Part shown: piece by piece, positions 1-11,910 of the stretch
Layout: each line of letters opens with the position of its first letter
How positions within the stretch are numbered: the first letter of the stretch is position 1
From: Balamuthia mandrillaris
Taxonomy: Eukaryota
Reading direction: 5' to 3'
DNA: 64,000 nucleotides
Assembly: GCA_031835245.2 (NCBI GenBank)
Contig: JAVKOQ020000019.1
Coordinates: 1 to 64,000, forward strand
The notes under the pieces: model-generated
What the model was told of the DNA's origin: nothing
The model's database searches: none
What the model saw: only the letters and a program-made list of their open reading frames with translations
Position numbers and translations under genes: made by a program

Positions 1-241
1 CGGAGAAGGATGGAAGCACCACCCTTAGCAAAAATGAAAGAAGAAAAAGAAATAGAAGAAGAAAAGGAAGTGAAGAAGAACCAGCCAGCTCATAAACTAA
101 CTAGAACGGAACCAAAGAAGAGACGGCTTGCAAAACGGTGATGAAAAGGACTAAAGGCAAATGAATTGAAGGAAGGCAAATCCTTGGAACAGCAGGATCA
201 AAAAGTAGCAATAGAAGAAGAAACACAAGGAACGGTGGTTC

Positions 242-900
242 TTATCTCTCCTTTGTGAGCATTGTGTGAGAGAGAGGGATTGACACGACCCAAGGCCGGG
301 TTGTGACAACTAAGAGCTCAAATAGTTCAACTGTCTTATCATCTTTATCATCTTTTTTCTTCTTTTTCTTCTCTTTTTCCTCCTCTTCTTTCTCTTCTTC
401 TTTTTGCTCCTCTTCCTTCTTTTTTTCTTCATCCTCCTTATAGTTACTCTCACACAATTCCACAAATCAAAAGAAGATACCTAGAGTAGAACGTAAGTCT
501 CTTGCTGTTTGAATAATGCTTTTCATTGCAATGCTTTGCTGGGCCTCATTTTTTTCTTTTGTTGTAATGTCGAGTTGTGAAGCATCTTGTCATCTTCTCT
601 TTTTATCTTTCTCTTCTTTTATCAATTGTTGTATTTCTGGTATTTGCTTTTTGAGTTGCTTCCAATTAATGCCATAAAAATGTTTGCAATGTCCTCTTTT
701 TGTTTTCTTGTCAACAATTAGAAGTTGTCATAATAGCTCATAGTTGGAATAGCAAGCTGGATAAGAAGCACTAATTGCAACAGTTTGTTCTGCTAACAAA
801 GCTTCTCGAAGCAATGAAGAAGATGATGAAGAAGAAGATGAAGAAAATGATGAAGAAGATGTAGAAAATGTAGAGATACTGTCTTTTGGTTGTTGTATAC
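242..900 (-). pseudogene. Degenerate low-complexity gene fragment with in-frame TGA stops
   Basis: The minus frame reads IQQPKDSIST...LLREALLAEQ...YELL*QLLIVDKK...KRR*QDASQL...RDLRSTL. The TGAs at 728-730 and 590-592 are in the same frame. A GT donor follows at ~480, then an E/K-rich exon (ORF 242-463). Confidence 0.4.
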
Positions 901-1303
901 CTATTTTTGTGTTTTATAATAATTAGAAACTACAACAATAATGAAAACAACAAAAACAACACTTTAGCAACAAACCGTTTGAAAAAAGATGACTGTTAAA
1001 GCTCACAATCAGCACTACAAGATCTAAAAGTGCTCTGACGTGTGGTTCTTTCTTCTTTCTTTTTGTTTTTCGCGAAAATCGAGCAGTATTTGTGCAAAAT
1101 TTGTGCACAATACAGTTTTATTACTTTTTAAAACCAACAATATTCTAACTTTGTAATATTTTATTTATACCAAACATATAATATATCTTCTTATAGCCCT
1201 TAAGTTGCTCTTTAAAATGATACTATCATTATATTTTAAGAGCTAATTCTTAGCTCAAAATCGAGCATAGAACCCTAACCATGAAGAGGAATTACAAGAG
1301 GAG

Positions 1304-1791
1304 TTGGAAAAGGAAGCCAGGGACTATGAGCTTCATAATGAAGGCCCAGTTTGTTGGAACAATGTTAACAAGATTGTGGCTCGTAGATACATTGCCAGTT
1401 TGTTGTCAGGGAACTATGACCTATTGAAGGAGTTAGTGGATGAGTCTACGGCCCTATGTACAAGACTTTGGAAGAAAGCTCTCCTATCAAGCAAATGGTG
1501 ACCAAAAAAAGAAGAAAGGATAGCTCTGACTTGAAACAATGTATTGAGGCCAAGAGAATCAAGTTACAAGGATCCAATCATTGCAGTCATCTCCCTTGGA
1601 AAAAACAAGAAACCAAAAGGCTGGTTCACTTGTATCTAGAAGAAGGAGCCTCCTGGATTGACATTGCTCAACAACTTCCTGAGCAAAGAAGGACCAATGT
1701 GGATTGCAAAGATAAGTGGAGAAATCTGTTACAGAAGCTTGGTTCAGTGGAAAATATTCAGGTCAAGTATTTAAAACCTAGGAAGGAATGA
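1304..1791 (+). pseudogene. Myb/SANT (telobox/TRF-like) domain protein, split over two frames
   Basis: ORF 1456-1791 contains PWKKQETKRLVHLYLEEGASWIDIAQQLPEQRRTNVDCKDKWRNL, with Myb tryptophan spacing and a telobox-like RTxVDxKDKWRN. The upstream frame 1304-1501 ends in TGA and overlaps it. Confidence 0.6.
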
Positions 1792-2249
1792 AAACATGAA
1801 GGCAAAGGACTTGATTTAAGGGTTTTGGTTCTTTCATTTCTTTTTTTTTACGTTATGGGACGTTTTTTTTTTTCCTTTGATTCAAATGTCCAAGCCTTTT
1901 TTTCTTTTCTTCCATTTCTATCCTAAATAATATTTACCAGTTTTTCTATTAAAGTGTTTTTGTTTTAGTATTTTCTTATTTTGTTGAAGAAAATAAATCA
2001 GTATTAAAAAGGATTTGCTCATTTATACACTTTACACAAACTTTGATTTCATTTACAAAGCAAAAATGGATAAAAGCACTTTTTTTTCTGAAAAACATTG
2101 TATGTTTGTGTGTTGTTTGAAACAGAAAAAGTATTGAAACCCTTCTTATTTGCCTTGTATCTTTACAATAGTTTGGATTCAAGACCGAAAATCAATTGCA
2201 TTTAAAAGCCAGCAAGCTGTTCTATGCAATAATATCCTTTACATGAGGT

Positions 2250-3039
2250 GAGAGAAGGAGGAAAGGTGCTGCTGATCAGGGTTTCAAGTTCCTTCAAAAA
2301 AATAACCCTAATTAACCCTACTTTTTTCTATTCCCTTAACTGTAGTATAAGTTTATTATTTGTGTTGAGTACATTTTGTTGCAAACTGTTTATGTTTAGC
2401 AATCTTTTTAGTGAGTTGATTGCTCATTCTTTCCAATCTTGCAATTGAGAGTTTGAGTCTTGCATTATCTTCTTTAATTTTAAGTACTATTTCTCTCATT
2501 TTTGCTTCTTCTTCTCTTGTTGTTTGTGCTCCTTTTCTACTTATTCCTTGTGTTTTTCCTTGTGGTCTGCTTTTTTGTTGTACTATGGGTGAATCTGTTT
2601 TCTGGTAGTCTTCAGCCTGTTCTTGGATTATACTCTGCTTGTTCTTCTTCCTCTGGTTGTTCTTATCTATATTTCAAACAACAACTTTAAGTTAGCACTG
2701 TGAGCTGCAGAGAGCAGAGAGAAGAGCAGAGAGACAGAGAGCGACAGAGAGAGACAGAGAACGACAGAGAGAGACAGAGAGCGACAGAGAGAGAGAGCGA
2801 CAGAGAGAGACAGAGAGAGAGAGACAAAGAGAGACAGAGAGAGACAGAGACAGAGACAGAGACAGAGACAGAGAGCAACACAGAGAGACAAAGAGAGACA
2901 GAGAGAGACAGAGACAGAGACAGAGACAGAGACAGAGAGCAACACAGAGAGACAAAGAGAGACAGAGAGCGACAGAGACAGAGAGAGAGACAGAGACAGA
3001 GAGCGACAGAGAGAGACAAAGAGAGACAGAGAGAGACAC

Positions 3040-3088
<49 letters not shown>

Positions 3089-3840
3089 CCGAGAGCAACA
3101 CAGAGAGACAAAGAGAGACAGAGAGCGACACAGAGAGACAAGAGAGACAGAGAGCGACAGAGAGCGACAGAGAGCGACAGAGAGAGACAGAAAGTGACAG
3201 AGAGAAACAGAGAGACAGAGGGACAGAGAGAGAAGATTTCACCGCTTTCAGGCCATGCATCTTCAGAAAGTGTCAAACGTTTTCTTTTGTTTTCTTGTTT
3301 CTTCTTTATTTTGCTTCTTAAAACAGCGACAACATCAATGGCTGTAAAGTCACAGGTATCACCATCGCTTGGAAACTCAAAGGGGCTTGCTGTTGGTGCC
3401 AAGCCCTTTTGCATGGTTGGTGAAGCTGAAATCAAAAATTCTGAGGCTGTTCACTTTTTTTTTTTTGCTTTATGTGACCTTGTTAAGGTGACAAACTAAC
3501 CTAGTAGATTGAGGATAGATATGGGAAAGAGTTTTGGAGCTGTGACTGAGTAAGTCGGTTTGTCTCAAACCAACCACTGCAACGTTCCTTCATCCAGTTC
3601 GTCTGGAAAAGACGCATGAAGCAGGCAGAGGTTAACACAAAAGAAGCAGAGAAAGAACACTTGGATGTAAACAAACATAGAAATAAGCCAACATAGACCT
3701 CACCGCATTGGATTTTTAGACCACAGAGATTAAAAAAGAAGGAAAATAATGATGGAAGAGCGTTTGGAGCGTTGGGGTGCCTTGTATACCAAACGGCTTG
3801 AGTTAATGTGGGAAGGAGCTGATATTACGATGTACTCCAT
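2250..3840 (-). pseudogene. Multi-exon hypothetical gene with in-frame TGA stops
   Basis: Phase-consistent splicing joins ELDEGTLQWLV*DKPTY...NLL|ASEFLISASPTM...PES|DKNNQRKK...QDWKE*AINSL. TGAs lie at 3565-3567 and 2424-2426. The GAGACA satellite sits inside the ~3243-2668 intron, which has a GCTAAC branch site and TAG acceptor. Confidence 0.45.
2708..3235. repeat. Complex (GA)n/(GAGACA)n satellite
   Basis: About 530 bp of GAGACA/GAGA/GCGACA units. It generates spurious SL- and ER-rich ORFs. Confidence 0.95.
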
Positions 3841-4277
3841 CCTTTGCTTCTTTTCTCTGCTCTCTGCTCTCTGCTCTCTGCTCTCTCCTCTCTCCTCTCT
3901 ATCCTCCTGAAATTTAAGGAAGGACAAAATTCCCGCCAAAACTTGGATTTCCCACCATCCCCCCATTGTCTGTCACATTCGCCCATCTTGTGTAGCAAAT
4001 GTTTGGAAAAAAAGTTAGTACGTTGTTTCTTTTTTTATTTTATTTTTTTTGTACACAAACAGTGCAAACAGCAGCCAGCAGGCAGAGAACAGAGCATCAC
4101 CACTCTCTTTCCTTACCAGGTTGTGTTTTTTTTTTTTCGTTTGCCACCGACAAAAAACCTACTGTTCTAGCGGTTGCACAGAAAGCTCCACTACGCTCTC
4201 ACTACTTGTGGGACCAAGGTATTTTGTTTTTGGTTAAAACCGTAGCAAATCAAATTTACTAGGTTTACTCTGCCAAG

Positions 4278-5239
4278 ATGAGTCACTACAAGAAAAAGGA
4301 TTTGAAAAAGCTTCAGCGATTCCTTAATGACGATGCTGGCTTCCACCTGACCGCACAACATTTGGGCACTACCAACGCGATCTTGGAGAACGTGGACAGT
4401 AGTGCTATTAACCACAGCATCAGGTTGATGAATAAATTACACCTCCCGCATCGTAAAGCTGCTACAAAGCTCCTGCAACTGATGACGAGGAAAAATAACA
4501 ATAGAGCGAGAAGGTAATCTTATTTACGAACATCCTTCAGTAATGATCTGACTTGGCTCTGGCATAGTTATTACCACCACCTGGTCAACGCGTATCACGT
4601 GTTGGGATTGCCTAACAACCGACTTTTAAAGGCAAACGCAATGAACTGGGTAGCAACAGCAGCAGCAAAACAATGCCTTTTTAGATGGTAATTTTTTCTT
4701 TTAGTAGAAGTGTTTTGCAGAACCGATACAAACACAAAACAAATAGGGCTAAATTTCAAAAGAACTCTAGCTTCCGACACATTGAAGAGTCCTTGAGATG
4801 CCTTTCGACGGAGGGATGCTGGCCAAACATTCAGAGAGCAGAAAGACCACAACCTGCTCTCGGACCGGGAGAGGCGGAGGCGGAGGCAGAGTCCGAGGCG
4901 GAGGCGGAGGCAGAGTCCGAGGCGGAGGCGGAGGCAGAGTCCGAGGCGGAGGCAGAGTCCGAGGCGGAGGCGGAGGCAGAGTCCGAGGCAGAGGCAGCAG
5001 GAAGCTTATCATCAGCCTTTACTTTACTCTCCCCACCACCTTCCCCATCACCAGATCATTTCCTAATGCCTGATGTTGACTTCCATTTCACTGATCCTGA
5101 AGGCGGGGAAGGCCAAAGCATTGAGTTTGATTAGGCTCCTCCACGCTTTTTTGACACTGAACTCGCACCAGTTAACAACAGAGACAAAATAAGGAGAGTA
5201 AATGGTTGGGTCCCTTTCCCTTTATGCCAGAGCCTCCCT

Positions 5240-5279
<40 letters not shown>

Positions 5280-5715
5280 ACATATTCTTTCCCTAACGTT
5301 TCTAGAAGAAGAATCGAGCAGAGTAAGGAAGAGACGTAGGACCATCAGCGCTCAAAGCGAGGAAGAGGAGGAAGCGGAAAAAGACAACAACAAAGTGGAG
5401 GGGAGTGGAGACGAAGAAAAAAGAGATGCAGCAAACAAGGGGGATGAGGGGGACGAACCGGAAGAAGAGGACCAGGAGGACCAGGAGGATAGAAGAGGTG
5501 GCGAATCAGAGAGAGGAAGAGGGAGGAGAAGAGGAGCAGGAGGAAGAGGAGCCGCAGGAGGAAGAGGAGCCAAAGTCTCAAACACCACCAAAGAAAACGT
5601 GGAGGAAATACTGCAGGAGAATACTATTCTGAGAGCAAGGGTTCAGTATTTAGAAGGAAAGGTTGAGAGGCAAAAGAGGAAGATAAGGGAGCTTACAAGA
5701 TCCTTGTCCATGTGA
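4278..5715 (+). CDS. Hypothetical multi-exon protein with EAEAES repeat, acidic/RG-rich tract and C-terminal coiled coil
   Basis: ORFs 4278-4517, 4685-5134 and 5206-5715; C-terminal heptads ILQENTILRARVQYLEGKVERQKRKIREL. Exon linkage was not established. Confidence 0.35.
4870..4996 (+). repeat. 18/24-bp tandem repeat (GAGGCG)1-2GAGGCAGAGTCC
   Basis: About 5 units encoding EAEA(EA)ES. Confidence 0.9.
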
Positions 5716-5926
5716 TGAGGCATCGTCGCCTTCAGCGTGTTCCTTCCTGGTTATTTTCCTTTGTTTCTTCTTGTTCGTAATGTTCTTCTGCTGCGTCTTC
5801 TCGACCTTATCTTTAAAGTTTTCAATAGAGGGAAGTGGGGAAACTAAAAGAGAAAGAAAGAACGAGAGAGCAAGAGAAAAGAGAGAGAAGAGCGAGAGAG
5901 CAGAGAGAAACTCTTTACAAGGCAGG

Positions 5927-7912
5927 TCACATCGATTCACATAAGTCAGCTTGCTCAAAATACTTATGGGCGAGCTTCCCTTTGCCGACCGCCGCGGCTT
6001 CATCCGCAGCCTCTTGAAACAACTCAGCAGCTCTTGCGAAGTTCTTTAGTGATAACATGAGTCAATGCTAAACGAAAGAAAAAGTAAAAAAGCAAACGAG
6101 GCAAAAACATACCACTGGAAGGTTATCACCGCCGCTTTGATACAACTCAGCAAGAGATGCTAAAAGCTCGTGGCGCATGTAAGCAGCATCCCAGCCATAT
6201 CTTTCGCTCTCCTCTGCAGCAGCAGTGCAAGAAGAACTGTCTAAAAGTTTCTCGAACCAAGTGCTTGATTGGCCAGTATCTTGCTCACAACAAGTTCCTT
6301 CCTTATAAAACATGGCAACGTGATACATGGCATCAGTAGACCCTCTATGCGCTGCTAGTAGAAGATACTGCACACAATTGGAGGAATAAAGATATTCCTA
6401 TATAAGAGGCAAATAATAACTGCAAATAATAACTGTCACATAGCGAAGGTCTAAACATACCATAAAACAAAGCTCTTGGTCTTCTATATCCAAACTTGGC
6501 AACACAGATCGTCCCGGCCGTCCTGAAAGTACTCTTGCTAGCAATAACTGCGCAGAAACAAGCCCACCATGAGCAGCTTGTTGGTAGTGATAGAAGGCAG
6601 CAGCCAAGTTTGGTCGGCGAGGGTGCTCTGCACTCTGCGTTGAATCATGCTCTTGGAACAGCTGTTCTAACATGTTTAATCTTCCTGATTCATGACATCT
6701 GCCGAGCTCCAAGTGGATAAACGCAGCAGGAGTTGGCACGTCAGGAATCTCGGATGGATCTGGAATGGGAATTACCTGACAACATGGAATGGGGCTCTAT
6801 GTGAGTCTTTCCGTCGCTGTAAAGAGGAAAATAAAAATAGCGATATGCTGTACCGTGGGCTTTGTAGAAGGATCAGACGCGTGAAGCAACCGTTTTGGCA
6901 ACCTGCTTCTGGAAGAATTGGGTTCGCCACCACCATTGCTCTGTTGCTGCAACTCGGAGGAAGCTTTTGTTTTGTCCTCGTCCATGATACGGATAAGGTT
7001 GCTGAAAGACTGTGTCAAGGATTTGCCTTTCAGTGGTTTCATTTGCTTCCTGAGAATTGGCTTCTCAGGTTCCTCATACAGATCAAAAGGAGTGAGCCCA
7101 AGCAGTTTGCACAACCCGTTGCACTCATGGGAGTAGAGAAAGAGAGCGATACCGCGTGGGCCTAAGTTGCCCGTTCCAAAATCTTTTCCATCCCAACTGT
7201 GGAGTTGCGGATCTGTATAAAGGTCATTGACACCCTTTTTGTTGGTATAGAGCTTTGTCACTGGAGAAGATAGCAGAGCAAAGTAGAATGAAGCGAGAAA
7301 CGAACCTGTATATCACAAACAAGCAACTTATTTTGCGTGCATTCAAAAGTGAAGTGGGAAAAGCAATGTGGAGTATGCCGCCAATGCTCCAGTTCGACAT
7401 ATCCAGAATTCGTGTTGTGCTTCACATAATCTCCTTCGATGTACGCTTCTGTTGTAACGGTGAACAGACTGAGCATCATCATTTAATGAAGTAATTATGG
7501 AGTGGTTTAAACAACACGGACCGATACAATACAACTCTTTGTTTGGCCTGTCTACCATTTCTAGCATCCACACCGATATGAAGTCGACCTTCTTAGGTGG
7601 ATTTCTTTCGTTGTATCTGTTGTTGTAAAAATTAGGAGGTAAAAGATGGAGGGAGAGCATAGAGAGAAACAGCAACATATACAGAGAGGAGACGTACAGC
7701 TCGCCTAAATACTTGGCGTGCATTTGCAGCTTCACGTCGTCTTGGTATAACTTTCGAAGGACGGCTGGTTTTCCGTCCTCCTCGTCTCCTTCCTGCTGTT
7801 GGGTTTGGTGCGTTACTACCTCTTCTTTGTAGCGCTTGGCCACCCATGCTCTTCCGTGGTGCCAGTGTCCTTCATAGACTATGACAGAAGCGGAAAGGAG
7901 AGGGAAGAGAAG

Positions 7913-7945
<33 letters not shown>

Positions 7946-8300
7946 ATTTTAGAAAATTTGTGACGAAAGGAAACGACAACGTAATGGTAACCTTTCATGC
8001 GGTACGCATTGCGAACAGCTCCGCTCGCAAACGGTTCGGGTTCTATCTTAACTAACACTGGTTCCTTTTTTAATTTTATTTTGAAAAGAAGGTTAGCGCA
8101 ACACATTTAAATAATCAAATGTGAGAGATAAATAAAAAAGAAAGTAGTGCACCAACCGTGTGCCAAGTTTGGGTCCGCGGATCGAAACCGTAACGCAAAG
8201 CTGCTTCGGTGGGTACAGCGGTGGTGTCAAAATCCTCAAAAGGGTCCACCGACGTTTCAACCGCTTTTTGCACCAAAGTGGCAAACTTTTGTCGCAACAT
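5927..8300 (-). CDS. Alpha-kinase, eEF2 kinase type with C-terminal SEL1-like repeats (multi-exon)
   Basis: Kinase motifs: DPFEDF, EPFASGAVRNAYRM, WVAKRY, DVKLQMHAK, PPKKVDF, EAYIEGDYVKHNTNSG, PHCFSHFTF, DIQ/GVNDLYTDPQLH, FGTGNLG, HECNGLC. SEL1-like segments: AFYHYQQAAHGGLVSAQ and AAHRGSTDAMYHVA. Stop at 5927-5929; start uncertain. Confidence 0.9.
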
Positions 8301-8512
8301 CTCAAACGGTTTCCGTGTCTTTGTTGTTTTGCCTCTCTCGCCGCCAGTTGCTGGGTTACTGGCTTACATCAGCAGCAGCACCTTAATAATCCAGATAACG
8401 CGGCCCGTTTTCCTTCACCCATAGGCGGGATGTGCTCAAAAAACCTTTTCGTGCAAGTTGGCCCCAATTGGTCTTACGAATACGAGTACGGGTCACAGTA
8501 CTGGGGCACAGC

Positions 8513-9451
8513 ATGAGGCCGCCAACAATTGCCTATCCTGTGAAAAACAAGACGACCACCAAACATGTTCTTCTTACTGACCGCAACAACACCCGTCGGA
8601 AAAACTTCTATCGGTGTTGCGCTATTGTCTGTGCGTCGCTCTTCCCTCTCTTCTGCCTCTTCAACTATCATCCTGACGTGCATCGATCCAGCGTCATTAC
8701 TTATGAGTGCCTTCGCTATGTCGGCAACTACGAGACCTGCGGTTGTGGTGACAACCCTCTTCCTTGTCCTTGTTGGGAGACCATAGGTTGGGAGACTCCT
8801 CCTTGCATTCGCCACCGTTTGGAGCGTCTCTTAGCAGTGGTGGTGAAAACGTTTGAAGAATTGGAAGTGGAGTACAAAGCGGTGGAAGGCACGTTATTGG
8901 GGGCGCTCCGTCACGGAGACTTTTTGCCTTGGGAAGATGATGTGGACTTCAACGTGCGCCTTGGGGAGAAAGAAGGATGGTTGGGGAAGGCTGAGCAGAT
9001 ATGTGACAAGGTCTCTGAGGAGGGCTTCGGCTGCTTCGTCCATCCTAGAGACGACATCAACGCCGCCAAAGAGTGGATGTTCAGCAAGGACGAAGGAAGA
9101 AGGACCATCGTCATATACGACACGGAATACATGTTTGGCCTTCGACAAGGAGTGAGAGCGGACATAACTCTGTTTGAAAGCTTTGGAGCGTACCCAGAGA
9201 CCATCCCTTGTTTGTTGGGCAAAACTGTGCTTCGCTGCCCAAAGAACTTTTATCATAGTTTCGGCAGAGACAGCTGTTTGCTGTATCCAGTCAACACGGA
9301 GTGTCAAAAGATCTTTGGCAAGAGTCGCTGTGAGAGACCGGACTTGGTCCCTTCCATCGAGAAGGCCATAAAGGAGTTGGATAGTGCAGGATACCCCTCT
9401 CTTATCGAGCTTTTGCCAAAAGCAAAGGAAACTAACTATCAGTCTTGTTAA
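8513..9451 (+). CDS. LicD/fukutin-family nucleotidyltransferase, type II membrane protein, intronless
   Basis: GTLLGALRHGDFLPWEDDVD motif; N-terminal hydrophobic anchor CCAIVCASLFPLFCLF. Confidence 0.85.
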   Translation: MRPPTIAYPVKNKTTTKHVLLTDRNNTRRKNFYRCCAIVCASLFPLFCLFNYHPDVHRSSVITYECLRYVGNYETCGCGDNPLPCPCWETIGWETPPCIRHRLERLLAVVVKTFEELEVEYKAVEGTLLGALRHGDFLPWEDDVDFNVRLGEKEGWLGKAEQICDKVSEEGFGCFVHPRDDINAAKEWMFSKDEGRRTIVIYDTEYMFGLRQGVRADITLFESFGAYPETIPCLLGKTVLRCPKNFYHSFGRDSCLLYPVNTECQKIFGKSRCERPDLVPSIEKAIKELDSAGYPSLIELLPKAKETNYQSC

Positions 9452-9516
9452 CGTCAACCATTATTGGTGTAAGCAATAAACCTATTTTGGCCAAGGGAAG
9501 AACGGATAACCAACCT

Positions 9517-10077
9517 TTATTTATTCTCTTGAGACAAAAGGAGTTCCATGTCTGCACGAAAGTCTTCTTGCTTCCACCGCAACAATGCTTTCAGCACCTG
9601 GCCCACTGATGGCCTTTGTTTTGCATCCAAGTCCCAACATTGAACAATGAGACCTCGAAAGTAAGCGGGACAACTGTCCGGGATGTCCGGTCGCAGGCCT
9701 TCACCATGCATCTCATCCAATGAAATCCCACATCTGCTTATTTGTGTTCTGGAAATGACTTCCCTGTGGTGGTTTGCTCAGTCCACAAAGAATCAACACG
9801 AACAAGGAACGAGAACAAGAAAAAGGAGCACGAACCAAAAGACAATGCCCATGGAATACACATCAGCAGGATAGGTGTACTTCCGATGAAATACCTCAGG
9901 GGCAATGTACATGCTTGAGCCTGCAATCGATTGGGCGAATCCAGTCTTGGTGGTGTTCATTGCATGAGGAGTTACTCTCCCTGACCCAAAGTCTCCGATC
10001 TTCAGGTTGAAATGAGCACCAATCATCAAGTTCTAGTTGGGAAGCAGAACGTTCTCATGTGAGAGAGAGAGGAGGAG

Positions 10078-10149
<72 letters not shown>

Positions 10150-10498
10150 AGGAAAATAGAGAGAGGAGAGAGGGAGAGAGGGAGAGGGAGAGCTGAGAAG
10201 AAAATGTACCTCGGGCTTCAAGTCTCTGTGAAGGATGCGATTGGAATGCACATAGTGAAGGCCTTTGCACAAGTCTATCATCATGGACATGCGAAGAGAA
10301 AATGGCAATTCCAAGCGAGTGTCTTCCAAAACTGTTCGCAAGCTCTTGCGTTGCATGTATTCCGACACAATGCAAATGTTGGGTGGTACCAGACAGGCGC
10401 CATAGAAGGAAACAATGTTGTCGTGCCGCAATGAGCTATGAAGCATTATTAAAATGTAAGTTCCATACCATCTTGCGTTCGGAGCATAATGCGAAGAA

Positions 10499-10538
<40 letters not shown>

Positions 10539-11862
10539 AGGAAAATAGAGAGGGAGCACAGTGAGGGGAGGAGGGAGAGAGGGAGAGAGGGAGAGAGATA
10601 GAGAGTGACAAGTGGCAGAGAGCGTCAACCTCAGCATCTTCATCTCACTGCAAAAATCAGCGAGATCACGAGGACTGTCCATTAACCCTCGTTTTAGCCG
10701 TTTGACTGCCACCACTGAGTCTTGATAAACTGCCTTCCAAACATCTCCTCCTGTGGTGAGATAGGAAAAAATGAGAACGTGGTTCGAAAGCAAAAAACAA
10801 ATGCACGAACCAGCTCCACTGCCAACGTATTCAACCAAGGCCAGCTTTTTGTAGTCGATGGTCCAATGACTGACCATCGGATCGGCAGAAACAGAATTGA
10901 GAAGAGATGAAGCCTCTCCCAGTTCTTCATCTTGCCAAGTTTTGAGATGATAGGAACCATCCTGATAGCTGCCACTGCCGCTACCTGTGGATTTGTAGCC
11001 GCTGCCAGTGTTGCTGTTACTTCTTATGCCGAGGTTGTAGCTCTTCTCCATTTTTCTGTAGTTCACCATTCCATAATCCAACATTTCTGTTATACAGAAG
11101 GAAGAGATCAGAAACAGAAACAAGAAGATAACGAACGTGAACAAGAAGGTGAGGAGCAAATGTTAAAGTGGAAAAAAAGGTTGTTAAAAAGGCAACAAAA
11201 CAACAAGGGAGCCAATAGTAAAGTTGAGGAAAGAAGTACAGTACCAACAACACGACTAAACACGATCATGGCGCCAGGCACCAGCTCTGAAATGAGATAA
11301 TACGGGCCAATGTACATCCAATACAACGAGCTGTTGATTAACTTGTTTGTCTCTTGCGTTGTCATCAACATCATGATCATATCAGCAATTCGCACGAGCC
11401 TCGCAAGCATCCAGAAGGATAGCACCATTTCCACCTTTGGATACCATGCAGTTAGTAAAAGGACAAGAACACAAGACTTTTCTCTTGTAGCGTGTACAAC
11501 AAACCCTTGAAAGCTTGCTGAGAATGCCACCAGGAACAGCAGGTGACGTGGCCATGTCTTCTCGTTTTTTCTTGCGATGCTTGACCAGCACCACCAACAA
11601 AATAACCAAGGTGATGAAGAGTGGAACCGTCTCACACGCAATGCTCACTCCCAAACTGATGTCGTGCACCAGCGAAAAATGTTCATCAGAAACGCCGACG
11701 ATGACCATCCATACGCTCAATTGGGATAGAGCAATTGCTCCTATCAAGAAATATTGGGCGAGGTTCAACCAGGTTTTAACCCTTCGAAGCACGAACATTT
11801 CTCCAACGTGTAACGATGTGGCAAATGTTCTGGCCCTTTTTGTGTTCTTGTTAGAAAAGAAG

Positions 11863-11910
<48 letters not shown>

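Noticed and set aside
1271..2320. AACCCTAA-like telomeric words at 1271 and 2303-2320 near the telobox gene
   Set aside because: Only isolated 1-2 unit matches in AT-rich DNA; compatible with chance.
2667..3260. Long SL-rich and ER/RD-rich ORFs on both strands
   Set aside because: They are translations of the GAGACA satellite, which lies in a predicted intron.
480..3840. TGA recoding (Sec or Trp) as the explanation for the in-frame TGAs
   Set aside because: Neighbouring genes use TGA as a normal stop, no SECIS was evident, and local CpG loss explains CGA-to-TGA more simply.
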